NCBI GenBank assembly: GCA_000004985.1 | Contig: GG738862.1 | Direction: 5' to 3' (one strand) | From: Naegleria gruberi | Lineage: Eukaryota | Length of the DNA stretch: 64,000 nucleotides | Shown here: in pieces, positions 9,376-20,518 of the stretch | How positions within the stretch are numbered: position 1 is the stretch's first letter | Layout of the letters: each line of letters starts with the position of its first letter | The notes under the pieces: generated by a model | Told to the model about the DNA's origin: nothing | Database searches by the model: none | What the model saw: only the letters and a program-made list of their open reading frames with translations | Translations under genes and position numbers: made by a program

Positions 9376-10953
9376 TTAGTGAAAATGACATTTCTTTGCG
9401 AATTGTTTGAATTCATTTCTCAATTTCTTGTTTTTGATTAAGCCCAAAGGACATCCATTTAATAAAGCCAATTTTATCAGTTCAATATCATCTTTTAAGG
9501 TTTCATCAATAAATTTAAATGCTTGTCCATTTTGTTCAATTGCTAATTTAAGTAAATTAACATCTGTTTTTAATTCATCACTGGCATATTGTAATGCTGT
9601 TCCTTTGTTTTTAATACATTCAATTACAATTTCTTTATCATTTTTAAATTCATCGGTTAATAAACTTAAATATAATCCATTTGTTTTAATTATTAACATT
9701 ATTAGATTTTTATCATTTTGTAATTTACTATTAATGGATTTGTAATTAAATGGTGATCTTTCTAATGCTTTTGTTACAATTTCAATATCACCTCGCAATT
9801 CAATATCTATATAGGGAAATATTTTTGCATTTATATCCAATAATTCCAAAATTAAGCTTCTGTTTGATTTTATTGAACTGTCAACAAAATAAAATGTTGA
9901 TTCGCAAATTGAAATTGCTATTTTAATAATTTCAACATTATTTAAAAAGTTAGAATTTTTAAAATTTAGTGGATTTTTTTTTAAAGCTTCCTTCACAATT
10001 TCCATATCCAGTAATAATTCATGAGGTAGATATGTGAATGTATCAGCGTTTAAATTAGATTTTACATATAAAAATGCATATTCTTTAATATTTTTAAAAT
10101 TATCATTTAAATATAAATAATTTAATCCATTTAATTTCATTGCGTATTTAATAAAATCTGAATTATCAATATATTTTAAACAAGATTTGTCATAATTGAA
10201 ACTATTATTTAAAATTTCCAAATCATTTTTAAGGATATTGTCGCATAATTTTAAAGTTAAATTTGAACATTTACTTGATGATATAATTACATCCCTATCA
10301 CTATACAATTTAGAATTAAAATATTTTAATGAAATATGATTCATGGTCAATAAACACATTTCTTTATCATTTCTAATTTCATCAGAAAATAAATTAAAAA
10401 TACAAATTTGATTATGATAATCCTGTGTGTATGAATAAAATCTAGTTTTATAATTATCTTTACGTTTGGAAAATAATAATTTAATAAATGTCTTACTTGC
10501 GAATAAATCATTATTGTTTTTTAAAATAATATTTACAATTTCCGATGACGAACTATTCAGTAATAATTTTAAGGATAAATTAAAATCATTATTAAAATAT
10601 GGTAGTAATGTTAAAATAATTTCATTGATATTAATACATTGAATTAATAATTGTTTATCTCGTTTTACATCCAATTCATTATTTTTCAATTTTGATTTGA
10701 TTAAGTCATATATTCTAGCTGTATTTATAGCCTGATCATTATATTGTCTTTTGAATATAGTTGTATTATTAATATTAGTAATTTCATTTAATAATTCTTT
10801 TTGAATATTTTTACAAAGACTTTTTAATTTGTATTCCAATTTAATAGATGAATAATTACAATCTAATTGGCATGTAACCGCTTGTTCTGAGCAATCATCA
10901 CGTAACAATTTATTATTTTGATCAATATCATTCCGTAAAATTGATTGCAGCAT
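9376..10953 (-). CDS. Repeat protein with C-terminal DUF4116-type ~30-aa repeats (xDxEIVLxAVKxNGxALxYASxELKxD), 525 aa
   Basis: Single ORF. The C-terminus reads ...DKEIVIECIKNKGTALQYASDELKTDVNLLKLAIEQNGQAFKFIDETLKDDIELIKLALLNG. It is paralogous to 24984..26840. Confidence 0.7.
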   Translation of the reverse strand: MLQSILRNDIDQNNKLLRDDCSEQAVTCQLDCNYSSIKLEYKLKSLCKNIQKELLNEITNINNTTIFKRQYNDQAINTARIYDLIKSKLKNNELDVKRDKQLLIQCININEIILTLLPYFNNDFNLSLKLLLNSSSSEIVNIILKNNNDLFASKTFIKLLFSKRKDNYKTRFYSYTQDYHNQICIFNLFSDEIRNDKEMCLLTMNHISLKYFNSKLYSDRDVIISSSKCSNLTLKLCDNILKNDLEILNNSFNYDKSCLKYIDNSDFIKYAMKLNGLNYLYLNDNFKNIKEYAFLYVKSNLNADTFTYLPHELLLDMEIVKEALKKNPLNFKNSNFLNNVEIIKIAISICESTFYFVDSSIKSNRSLILELLDINAKIFPYIDIELRGDIEIVTKALERSPFNYKSINSKLQNDKNLIMLIIKTNGLYLSLLTDEFKNDKEIVIECIKNKGTALQYASDELKTDVNLLKLAIEQNGQAFKFIDETLKDDIELIKLALLNGCPLGLIKNKKLRNEFKQFAKKCHFH

Positions 10954-11605
10954 TTTTATTTAAGGTTTAATGTTGGTAGTGTGTCGGAATAATTGTATTA
11001 GACTATATCAAACCAATAATTTATATTCCTAAAGAATTCATTGTAGAGAAAGCAGAAAAAGATCCTTGAAAATCCACCTTATGATGAATCCGTTAAAAGA
11101 GGAAGGGAAGGAGTAGGCCTGAATGGATATTGCTTTTTTACACTGGATAATGTACAACAACGCACCAATTCCACACCTCGGTAATCATTTCCCTCGAATT
11201 CCCATTATTTTCTGTTATACAACTACCACTGAGCTTCACTTAGGGTACTCAATCCAAATTATTAACTTTATGGTTTTCCAGACTATTGCCCCATTCAGTA
11301 AATGATGAACTATTTTCAATCTCCTCTTAATGTTCTCTCTGTCCTTCATGAACAAGTTATTAAGGTTAATCCATCCAGAAACACTATTAAAGAACATATT
11401 CACACAGACAAATCAGTTTCTATTAAAGAATAATAAGTCAAAGAAACAAGAGCAGAATTTACAAAGAACAGGATAATTTATAATCCAATTTGTTGAATAT
11501 TAAAAGGTTTAAGTAACGCTTGGAAATATTATTGATAGCTCTATAAACCAATAATGTTAAACTGTTGGAAATGGGAATTCTTGAACTTTACAATTTCATA
11601 TAAAT

Positions 11606-12646
11606 TTAACGAACTTTATTTTGGTGTTGCTTGCTAGCATGCCCAAGAGCAAGAAAAGTACCACCTATCAAACAACCAGCTAATAACAGTAGCGGCACAT
11701 TCCTTCGGTTTGAAACTTGTTTTGTAATTCCACAATTTTTTCGATTTGGAACATCTTTGATCGGTGTCTTCTTTCTTGATTGACTAGATGAATGTTGTTG
11801 AATAGTAGTACTATTGGATTGAGTTGGCCTTGAATTGTTTACATATTGTTGAATAGTAGTACTATCGGATTGACTATAATTCCTTAATTCCAATAACATT
11901 CCAATTTCTTCAATACTGAACCTTTTTAAGGGATCTTCCAAAATCATTCCTTGAATCAAATCGAGTAGCTTACGATTCTTAATTCCACAATTTTCAACCC
12001 TTCTCAATAAAGACGAGGCACTTTCATTTGTATATTTCAAGAATTCTTCACCCAAAACGAAATGAATAACTGTTCTTCCCAATGAATAAATATCAACTTT
12101 TTTTGCCTGCTCAAATCCAATTTTACGATCACGTTGTAATTCTGGCGCCATGAAAGCTCGTGTTCCTGCAGTGCTGACTTGACAAGTTGACAATTCACTC
12201 TTTGCTAAACCAAAATCACATAGAACTAATTGGAAACCTGGTCCATCTCTCACTAGAATATTATCCAATTTTACATCTCTGTGGATTAGGAACAGTGTTT
12301 TTAATTTATCCAAGGCACTGTGCATCTGTTTGATCAATTCCCAAACTGCTCTCTCATCAATTGTGTTGAATCTTTTTCTGTATTGGCGCAAATTTTCACC
12401 AACAAATTCACAACACAAATAGGAGTAATTACCAAGATGAAAATGACGAGCTGTAAAGTATTTTAATAGATTTGGATGATTAAATTCTCTCCAACCTTCC
12501 TTTTCATATTTATTGTCTACAACTTTAACAGCAAGCTTTTTATTTTGATGATCTTGAACTGAATAAACCTGTCCGAAAGCTCCTTGGCCAATTAAATTGA
12601 CTTTGGCACCTTTAAAGTGAGAAGAAATAATTTCTTGATGAGACAT
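11606..12646 (-). CDS. Ser/Thr protein kinase with a C-terminal TM anchor, 346 aa
   Basis: Kinase motifs are present: Gly-rich loop GQGAFGQVY, AVKVV, HRDVKLDNILV, DFGLAK and APE. The C-terminus has the hydrophobic segment LLLLAGCLIGGTFLALG. Confidence 0.85.
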   Translation of the reverse strand: MSHQEIISSHFKGAKVNLIGQGAFGQVYSVQDHQNKKLAVKVVDNKYEKEGWREFNHPNLLKYFTARHFHLGNYSYLCCEFVGENLRQYRKRFNTIDERAVWELIKQMHSALDKLKTLFLIHRDVKLDNILVRDGPGFQLVLCDFGLAKSELSTCQVSTAGTRAFMAPELQRDRKIGFEQAKKVDIYSLGRTVIHFVLGEEFLKYTNESASSLLRRVENCGIKNRKLLDLIQGMILEDPLKRFSIEEIGMLLELRNYSQSDSTTIQQYVNNSRPTQSNSTTIQQHSSSQSRKKTPIKDVPNRKNCGITKQVSNRRNVPLLLLAGCLIGGTFLALGHASKQHQNKVR

Positions 12647-12654
12647 TTGTTTTT

Positions 12655-12740
12655 TGAATTTGTTGAAAAATTCTGTGATTTTCTGTGATTATTTTTATTG
12701 CCTGGCAAATTTTCCACTAATTCTGTGATTCGGAAATATG
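12655..12740 (-). promoter_or_regulatory. Triplicated 10-bp motif (ttctgtgatt on + / aatcacagaa on -) immediately upstream of the kinase gene start
   Basis: Three copies lie within ~75 bp (12662, 12672 and 12721 on the + strand), starting 10-90 bp 5' of the ATG at 12646 on the minus strand. Confidence 0.3.
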
Positions 12741-13288
12741 AACTTGTTTCCAGTGATAACAAGAAGATGAATAATCCAACCCGTCCAAATTTTGTAAACC
12801 TATACAATCATTGTAAATAAAACGAATCTCTAATACTAAATATCCTTTTGAGGTTGAAGTAACAAATTTGCCTAGTCGATCTACACGTTTTCCGGGTTTA
12901 CAACATAAATACTATGAATATAAAAAAATAACACCAATGACTAACATTACTAACACTAATATCACATGTATAATGAATCCGAATCCAATTAAATCAATGA
13001 CTCAAATAATTTAGAAATTGAGTTTTTCTGATTTTTCTCAAAAGTCAGATTGAAGAATCACTATAATCCACACAGCCAGATTCTTTCGATTTGCTCTAAA
13101 AGTACAAACAAGATTGTTGAACACATGTTTATTTTAAGCAGTCTGTAATTTCAAGTCGACTAGGCAAATTGGACTGCTGCCCCTTTTGAAGATGTAATCA
13201 CCAATAGTTCTTCCATCTTCCAATTATTCTTAATCATGAATTAAACATTGCAAAATAAGCAAAAAACATGTTTGAATTCGTGCATACA

Positions 13289-15299
13289 TTACAAAGATTG
13301 TTTAGATTTATTGGCCAAAAGTTCTTCTCGCTTTTCGAGAAGTTTGGTAATTACATCTGCAAATACAACTTTAACTTTTTGGTATCTTCTTGACATGTAA
13401 TACATTACACTTAAATCTCTTTCAATTTTGGTTAAAATGTTTGGATCTGAATTGACCATGTTGAGGTCAACTATGCAAGCAAGAGAAAGTGCAGAAACAT
13501 AAGCTGGTGGCATGACACCTAACGATTCTGGTTCGAGCTGGCATAAATTCATAAAATCATCCAACTCTTTGTAAAGCTTTGGTAAAAGTTCTTTGACTTG
13601 TTCGTTATCACTGTTGAGTGTTGTAAGATTGATGGAAGAGGAGCAAGCATTTGGTGATACATGTTTGGACAAATAATCCAAATACTCTGTGATGATCAGG
13701 GAGTATGCTGTGTGCTTGTAACCCTTACCAACATGCTTAAGTATTGATCTTTGGTCGTCTTCTAGATTCATTGATTTACTAGTGAGAGAAGATACTTCCC
13801 ATGTGTAGTCAACCATTCGCAAATAAGTTTCGAATGTAGTACTATCAATTGGTTTTTGAAGTAAACCTTTAAAGTCTGGATGAATAACTTCTTTCATACC
13901 AGTACCGTATGAATAAAAGCAAGTAAGCAATTTACGAATTTCAGACATTCTTGTTTGACATCCAGCCTCGTTTATCACCTCAGCAGCATGGTAAAACTTT
14001 TCCAAAAAGTAGTCTCTATCCATGTCAGCAGAAGGTATTACGTATTTGATCAATGAATTGATCTCTGCTTCTTCAGTTGTAGAATCACTCTGTGTGTCTG
14101 TCTTTTTTGTATTATTTCTCTTGTGATATTTAAAGTAGTGATCTACAAGATCTAGATAGAATTTACCACTTTCATCATCTCCTTCACTTGATTGGTAGAG
14201 TGAAAGAATGCAATAAGTGAATGCAACATAGTAATTATCGTACTTGTCAAAAACTTGTTTGAGCAATGTTCTGGTTTTTTCATAGGCAGATCTAGCTTCT
14301 TTGGAGAGACCCTTCTTTTGACACATGTGAGTATACATACTGTACAATAAGCACAATTTTTCGATTGGTTGTTTGAAAACATCAACAGATTTTGGATTTG
14401 TTGATGATGTTGCAAAGTCATGCGACAATGAGGATTGGCACAAGCTGTTCACATGATCATGACACGCCAATCAGTTTTTAAGTAAAATCAAAATGAAACT
14501 TGAATACTTACGATGTTGAATGAGTGTAATCAACTACAACCTTATTCTTCATTAGAGATTTGCTTAATCTCTCATTCAATTCCAAATGGTTCTTTAACAA
14601 TAAGAAAAAGCTGTTGGAAGGGTCATAATGTTTGTCTTCAGTTTCATTAGGCAATGTTTCAACAAGCGTCAAATTAACATCAACTGATGAACGAGTCTTT
14701 GGTTTCTTTGATTGGGTAAATGTTGTCGTTGTAGTGGTTACTACATTTGAAAGAGTTGTTGACATGGTTGAGGGAGTCTTTCTCTTTCTAAAACTCTTAG
14801 ATCCATTGTCTTCTTCAATCTCTTCCTCAATAATAACTGCACATGATTGATTTCTGCTAGATGAATCATTAAAAGAGGTAGATGGTGTATCACATGGAAT
14901 AACAGGGAGAACAAAATTGTTATTCTGAGAGGTGGTATGGGTTTCAAAACTGGTGATTAATTGGTGGCGATTCGAGAATAAGTTATTTAACAGTAGGGAT
15001 GAATTATTCATGGTGGTGGAAGCAGCACTGTTTAATGTGCTACTGTTATTAGTAGAAGTAGTATTTGGAAAGAATGTGCTCGATTGATAATTATAGGAAG
15101 GAATGGTAGTTTGATAATTGGTGGTTGTAGTTGTAGAATTCGATTGAGGGTAGAGGAAGGAAAGACATTGTAAGAGGTTTTGATAAGTATCGGAGGAGGA
15201 ACCATTACTGTTGGTATTTGGTTGTTGTTGATTATTGTTATTCATCATAATGTGGGGAATGACAGAAGTTGGAAAGGAGGAGGCTGCAAGCGGAGTCAT
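13289..15299 (-). CDS. Hypothetical protein with an Asn/Thr/Ser-rich low-complexity N-terminus. Two exons: 14512..15299 and 13289..14444.
   Basis: ORF 14508..15299 ends at a TAA that overlaps a GTAAGT donor. Removing the 67-nt intron 14445..14511 (gtaagtattc...gtgaacag) joins it in-frame to ORF 13289..14470. There is a basic patch (SFRKRKTPS). I recognise no domain. Confidence 0.5.
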
Positions 15300-15649
15300 A
15301 GAAAAATGATGATGAACAAGAACTCTTAAGTGTCTGATTGGTCAATACACTCGTTATTCTAAGAGAGAGAGGAATGAAGGATTTGTATTGTTCTTTGTTG
15401 AAAATCCTTTCGATAGCGATGGTTAAATGTTGTGGTGTTCTTTTGGAGTTTTAAATACCAGACCTTGTCGTTGTTGGCTGAAAACTTTATGAAAATCGCA
15501 CCAAAGCAGATGTAGTTGCACTATCGAGTAAAAAAGTTTAAGAATAGCGAAGAGGAGCATCGCAACATGCTTTTCATGGCGCAGTCGAAATCCGTATTGA
15601 GAAAAATGCTCCGAACAAACTAAAAAACATTACGAGCTGTACTCATCAA

Positions 15650-16201
15650 ATGAAGCAAGAAAGTGTACCAGCTGCCTATTATTTTTTGTTTGGTATTTCA
15701 CAGAATGACCATGATGATCAAATAGGCTCAACAATGGTTTCAGATTATTGTATTCCGATATGTCACGTATTTAAATTTATTGATTTTAAAATTCTATTGA
15801 ATAGTATTGGCCTTGTTTGTAAGAGGTGGTATTTATTAGCTAATTTTCACAACGGGCTTTGGCTACAATATTGTCATGAATACTTTCCTCGTTCACTCAA
15901 TGTTAGCGCAGATTTTGACCAATTTAATGATTGCCTCTCACTTTATTACGAAGTTTGCAACCAAGTCCAAAAACAATCCAAACTACAGCCACATGTTGTA
16001 CAATTAGGGTATGAAAAAATCCAAAAGAAGATCTCCTTATTGGAGACATTGGGCTTTAATTCAAAACAATGTCTTGCCATGTTGTGCTATTATCGATTCT
16101 ATTTTGCAAAGCGTTTTGTATTGGAGAGGAGAAGAGCAAAACAAGAGGTATGTACCTTAATATTCATTGCATCTTACATCAAATTAGGTAAACTACAGTA
16201 A
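15650..16201 (+). CDS. F-box-like domain protein (183 aa), possibly the 5' exon of a longer gene
   Basis: The F-box-like motif is CHVFKFIDFKILLNSIGLVCKRWYLLANFHNGLW. A GTATGT donor lies at 16148, but I could not find an in-frame acceptor into the next ORF. Confidence 0.5.
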   Translation: MKQESVPAAYYFLFGISQNDHDDQIGSTMVSDYCIPICHVFKFIDFKILLNSIGLVCKRWYLLANFHNGLWLQYCHEYFPRSLNVSADFDQFNDCLSLYYEVCNQVQKQSKLQPHVVQLGYEKIQKKISLLETLGFNSKQCLAMLCYYRFYFAKRFVLERRRAKQEVCTLIFIASYIKLGKLQ

Positions 16202-16274
16202 TGTCAGCGAGGACCTTCCTTCCTTAACTTCTAAATGGTCTGGTATTGTTCAATCATGGTTAAATAACCCAACG

Positions 16275-17363
16275 ATGCCTTTTCAAATAAGGGAGGGTAT
16301 TTTGTCAGAAATATTGCCCTATCTCTATGAAACAATGTTTAAAGTAACTGTCAATGATGACAACTCTGACGAATTGAAAAACGAAACAATAGTTACCTAT
16401 CTCAATCACGAGCGATTGTCGTACGATGTCGTTTCAAATATCCTCATATTCCCTCCTCATAATTACGACATTATTAGTGTAACATTTGACTTTGAAAGGG
16501 AATTCAATCAATTACTGAATTATGAATCAAACAATGCAACATATTCATCAGCACAAGACACTGCAAATAATGCCAATAACAAACTTGGAGATGTTGAATC
16601 TCTAGAAACTAATGCAGAGATATTTTATCATGTCTTTAAAGAAGACGAGACAAAGGTGTTCAGCAATGAAAAAGTATTATTGCGAGTTCTCCAATCCAAC
16701 AATAATAAGGAAAGAGAGGAACTACTTTCAAATTATCGCCATTTGCTAAATTTTCACCAATTAAGGATGATTACTGAGGAAGAAAATGAAGAAATCATTC
16801 AAGTCATACACAAACCGATTGGTCAGTTGGAGGAGAGAGATATTATGGTTGAATTAACACCATATTCTTCAATATCTCAAAGAATGAACCCTTTGGACGC
16901 ACAAGTGAATGATAAATTCTATTCAGATGATGAATTCAGTGAGTTTTCAGAGGGTGGTTCGTACGATGTTGTTGATTTATTAAGTAGTACTGGTTCAGAA
17001 ACGGATTCAAGCGAAGAGGGTATTGTTTCGAACAACAAGAATGGAGAAATTGGGGAACATTGCTCGAGCGACTTTCCATTTTTCGACTCAGATCTATTTT
17101 CAAATTATTTAGAAACTCTTCAAACTGACAAACATGTCATTTTGAGATTCGATGAAAATTCAGGAACTGACTTTAAAACTCGTTCTTCATTACTTGGTTC
17201 CAGGGATGTTGAAATTAATAAGAATGAATTGAACAAGTTGGAGGATTTATTCTTTGCTTCAGAAAAACCAATTATTAAGAAATTGAGGGAAGATAAGGTA
17301 TTATACCACCTATTGTTAGTGGCTCTTTGTAGAGACATTGGTTTGAGTGCAATTGTAAACTAA
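16275..17363 (+). CDS. Acidic hypothetical protein, 362 aa
   Basis: Single ORF, Asp/Glu/Ser-rich. It may belong to the same transcript as 15650..16201, but no phase-compatible splice was found. Confidence 0.45.
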   Translation: MPFQIREGILSEILPYLYETMFKVTVNDDNSDELKNETIVTYLNHERLSYDVVSNILIFPPHNYDIISVTFDFEREFNQLLNYESNNATYSSAQDTANNANNKLGDVESLETNAEIFYHVFKEDETKVFSNEKVLLRVLQSNNNKEREELLSNYRHLLNFHQLRMITEEENEEIIQVIHKPIGQLEERDIMVELTPYSSISQRMNPLDAQVNDKFYSDDEFSEFSEGGSYDVVDLLSSTGSETDSSEEGIVSNNKNGEIGEHCSSDFPFFDSDLFSNYLETLQTDKHVILRFDENSGTDFKTRSSLLGSRDVEINKNELNKLEDLFFASEKPIIKKLREDKVLYHLLLVALCRDIGLSAIVN

Positions 17364-17771
17364 TAACTCTACTGTAGTCACGTCGCAGTGTCATCATTTT
17401 TGTAAAGTAAATACTAGTTGAGAAAAGTTTACACTTCAACAACATCTCAATAAGTACCACCATATTCCCTTCCACGGGACAATGCCTCAAATATCTTATT
17501 GCCGCACGGTATTTTATTTCTCCTTCATTGTGGCTCTCTTTATTCAACACACCCAACGTGTTAAAATTTTACAATCACAAACAAAATACATAACTCCAAC
17601 CATGTAAACAATAATACATTGAGAATTTAGAAACGCATTGAATTGAACGTGCATGCACATGTAGCTATTCAATGAGACAACTCATGACATTTTCAAATAA
17701 TAATTCGTGAACCTCATTCTTTCGAATTATTCCTCCAAAATAGGCATGTATCGTCACGAACATGAGCAACT

Positions 17772-18326
17772 CTACTCTTCATCACTAATACAATGAATGG
17801 AAACATCAGAGGTAAATCTGGTTTGGAATAGATGCTTTTGAACCACTTTTTCATATCTATTGTGCCATTCCTTCAACTTTAAAACAACATGCATCCATCT
17901 CCACAACAAACAATGAAGATTTGTTGTTTTGGCACCAATATCCTCCAAGCACAATTGCTTATTTTGATCCAACATTAATGTGATCATTTCATGTGTTTTC
18001 AAGGACATGCTCAACGGATCATAATTAATTACTTTTTGTCTAAATTCTTCATAGGGATTGAATGCACTCTTGATGAGCATCCAATTTTCTGCTTCAAGTG
18101 ATTTTCCCTCAATCAATGATCCAATAACCATTGTTGTTAGACATACTAATTTATTTGGACATGAAAAGGAATTGGTTATTTGAACATTTACTCGGAATAC
18201 GTTTCTGTCCTCAATCATTGTTCTTCTTAATTGCCCTAATTCCATCATCAATTCATCACGAGACATTTTTTTGCAATTACTTATCTCTTCATTATTCACT
18301 GTATTGTATTTTATTACAAAAAACAA
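17772..18326 (-). CDS. Hypothetical protein, 184 aa
   Basis: Single ORF with ordinary composition, convergent with the 16275..17363 gene. No recognised domain. Confidence 0.45.
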   Translation of the reverse strand: MFFVIKYNTVNNEEISNCKKMSRDELMMELGQLRRTMIEDRNVFRVNVQITNSFSCPNKLVCLTTMVIGSLIEGKSLEAENWMLIKSAFNPYEEFRQKVINYDPLSMSLKTHEMITLMLDQNKQLCLEDIGAKTTNLHCLLWRWMHVVLKLKEWHNRYEKVVQKHLFQTRFTSDVSIHCISDEE

Positions 18327-18952
18327 GTATTGGTTGAATATTGAAGGAGTTTATTTACAATGGATTGTTGAATTCAATGAGAATAATGAGGAAGGAAAAT
18401 TAGAAACGGACTAGAGAGATTCAATTCAAAAAGGAGGTATTGACAAGATGTTGTCATCCACTGAATCATTGAGGGACTGAAATCTTATTCGATGGTATCC
18501 CGAAACGAATATTTATTCTAACGCTTAATTTGTAATTGATCCTTCTATCTTTAAAAGAGGAATAAGATTATCCAATTTCATTATTTAGAAACTCTACAAA
18601 TCCACCAGATGAAGTTGAAGAGTATTTCACTTATAGCTTGAAAATGGTTTCAGTACTCAAATTGAAGTTGAACATAAAAGATAGAAAGTAATATCCATTG
18701 GAAATAAAAGTAATTATCTGTTATTTGTGAATCAGGAACCTGTTTTTGGTCGTTAATAGATTGGTTGGATTGCAGTGTAGTTCCTTGAATAATTTTATGA
18801 AATGTACCTTGCATCAATGGTAATTGGTTTTTAGGGACAGATAATGTTGTGGTTTTTAATAACTTGGGTTTTGTTGAAATGTAACTTTCAAGTATTGTAA
18901 AGTATTTGCAATAATTATTAAACCTCCAATAGTAAAAGATAAGAAGAAAAAA

Positions 18953-20224
18953 ATGTCTAAAGTGCCTCCTCCTCCAGCACACGGCATTTCTTCAGCACTG
19001 ATCAAGAAGAAACACAAAAAGAGATTTACAATTTCAACTGAAAATATATTGCAACAAAATTCTATTAATCGTTCCGAAGATGAAGAAATTAAAAGAAAGA
19101 ATAATTATCATCATGAGGGCCGTGTCCTGATCATTCCGCAACTACATTACGGATTGGAAAAGATTGGAACCAAAATTACATTAATGGATAGGGATAATTT
19201 ACTCACTCATTCTCCAACATTGATTAGTTTTGGAGGTTATTCAGTGTTTGGAGGGATTATAGATGTACAATTATTATATTTAGATTTGGAACCATCAGAG
19301 AGTGGTGAATTAAATGTTGAATTTGAGTGGAAATTGTTGGATGAAGGAAACAGTGAATTAATCAATTTGGTTACTGTTTCAAATTTAACATTCCATTATT
19401 GTAAACAGAGACAATCTCTATTACTATTCATACCAACAGATCATGTAAATATTTTTGAGTTTAGTTTAACGAGTAGGACTTGGGAAAAATCTAAATTTAT
19501 TTCACCGTTCTATGATTCGTATTTTCTAATCGATAGGGATGAGAAACATTTAATTGATATTATGAGCAGTGATTCAATGTATATTAATTGTTATGAGTTG
19601 AGTGGTGTATTTTCTAATATGGACAAGAAAGGAGTGGAGCTTCCAACACCAAAATCAAGGATGAATGCAATTTTAGAGGAGGAATTGGTCATCCATCGAG
19701 ATGCAACTTTACCAATTTTAGATGAACAAAAGATATTAATTTTGAGTACTATGAGTAGAGGACAAAATTATAATTATATTTCCAAATCACCAGATCTGTT
19801 GACCATTAATCTGAGTGGATCGAATCCATTCGAGCATTGTAAATTATTCGATGAAATTGGAAGTAAACCAACACTCGCTGAATTTCCAAAAATTGATAAG
19901 TTACAGAAATCAAAGGTATTGATATCTGTATTTAATAATACTAAAAAAAGAATGGTTTTATTTGTAAAGGATGTAAGCAAGCACGGTGTTGAGGAATTAA
20001 GATATAATCCACTACCAATAGAGTTGAAACGACATGTCTTATTTGAAACAGTTTCGTTTGGTTTTATTACAAAGAAAAATGAAAGGCGAATACTTCTAAT
20101 GCCCAGCAACGATTTAATATTCATCATCAAGATTGATTATTTTGCTATTTCCTTTGCATTTCCATTTATTTCTAATATGAGGATACTGCTTCCAATTAGT
20201 GATATAAGCATTATTTGTAAATAA
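18953..20224 (+). CDS. Hypothetical protein, 423 aa
   Basis: Single ATG ORF of non-repetitive sequence. No recognised domain. Confidence 0.55.
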   Translation: MSKVPPPPAHGISSALIKKKHKKRFTISTENILQQNSINRSEDEEIKRKNNYHHEGRVLIIPQLHYGLEKIGTKITLMDRDNLLTHSPTLISFGGYSVFGGIIDVQLLYLDLEPSESGELNVEFEWKLLDEGNSELINLVTVSNLTFHYCKQRQSLLLFIPTDHVNIFEFSLTSRTWEKSKFISPFYDSYFLIDRDEKHLIDIMSSDSMYINCYELSGVFSNMDKKGVELPTPKSRMNAILEEELVIHRDATLPILDEQKILILSTMSRGQNYNYISKSPDLLTINLSGSNPFEHCKLFDEIGSKPTLAEFPKIDKLQKSKVLISVFNNTKKRMVLFVKDVSKHGVEELRYNPLPIELKRHVLFETVSFGFITKKNERRILLMPSNDLIFIIKIDYFAISFAFPFISNMRILLPISDISIICK

Positions 20225-20337
20225 CAAATTAAATAATAGATGAGTGATTAACAATAATTTGAAGATATGTTGTTTAATTTCTTTTTCGTAATCCTAAAAA
20301 ATACAGTATGGAAGTAACATAAATACATTCAATGTAT

Positions 20338-20410
20338 TCCCCCTTAGCTCAGTCGGTAGAGCGTCAGACTGTTAATCTGCAGGTCGGTGGTTCGAGCCCA
20401 CCAGGGGGAG
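20338..20410 (+). tRNA. tRNA, probably tRNA-Asn (anticodon GTT), 73 nt
   Basis: A cloverleaf can be drawn by hand: acceptor tccccct/aggggga, D arm gctc-agtcggta-gagc, anticodon arm tcaga-CTGTTAA-tctgc (one U:C mismatch at 27:43), and T arm ggtgg-ttcgagc-ccacc with discriminator g. The D arm is identical to that of the two tRNA-Lys genes. Confidence 0.65.
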
Positions 20411-20518
20411 ACTTATCTTTTGTTACAGTTTTCTTGATTTTGAAGTTGGCAAGTTTATCTTTACCTTTGCACAAGTATCTTTTTTACCAATGACTCAGCA
20501 ATAGATCTTTTTAAAAAA

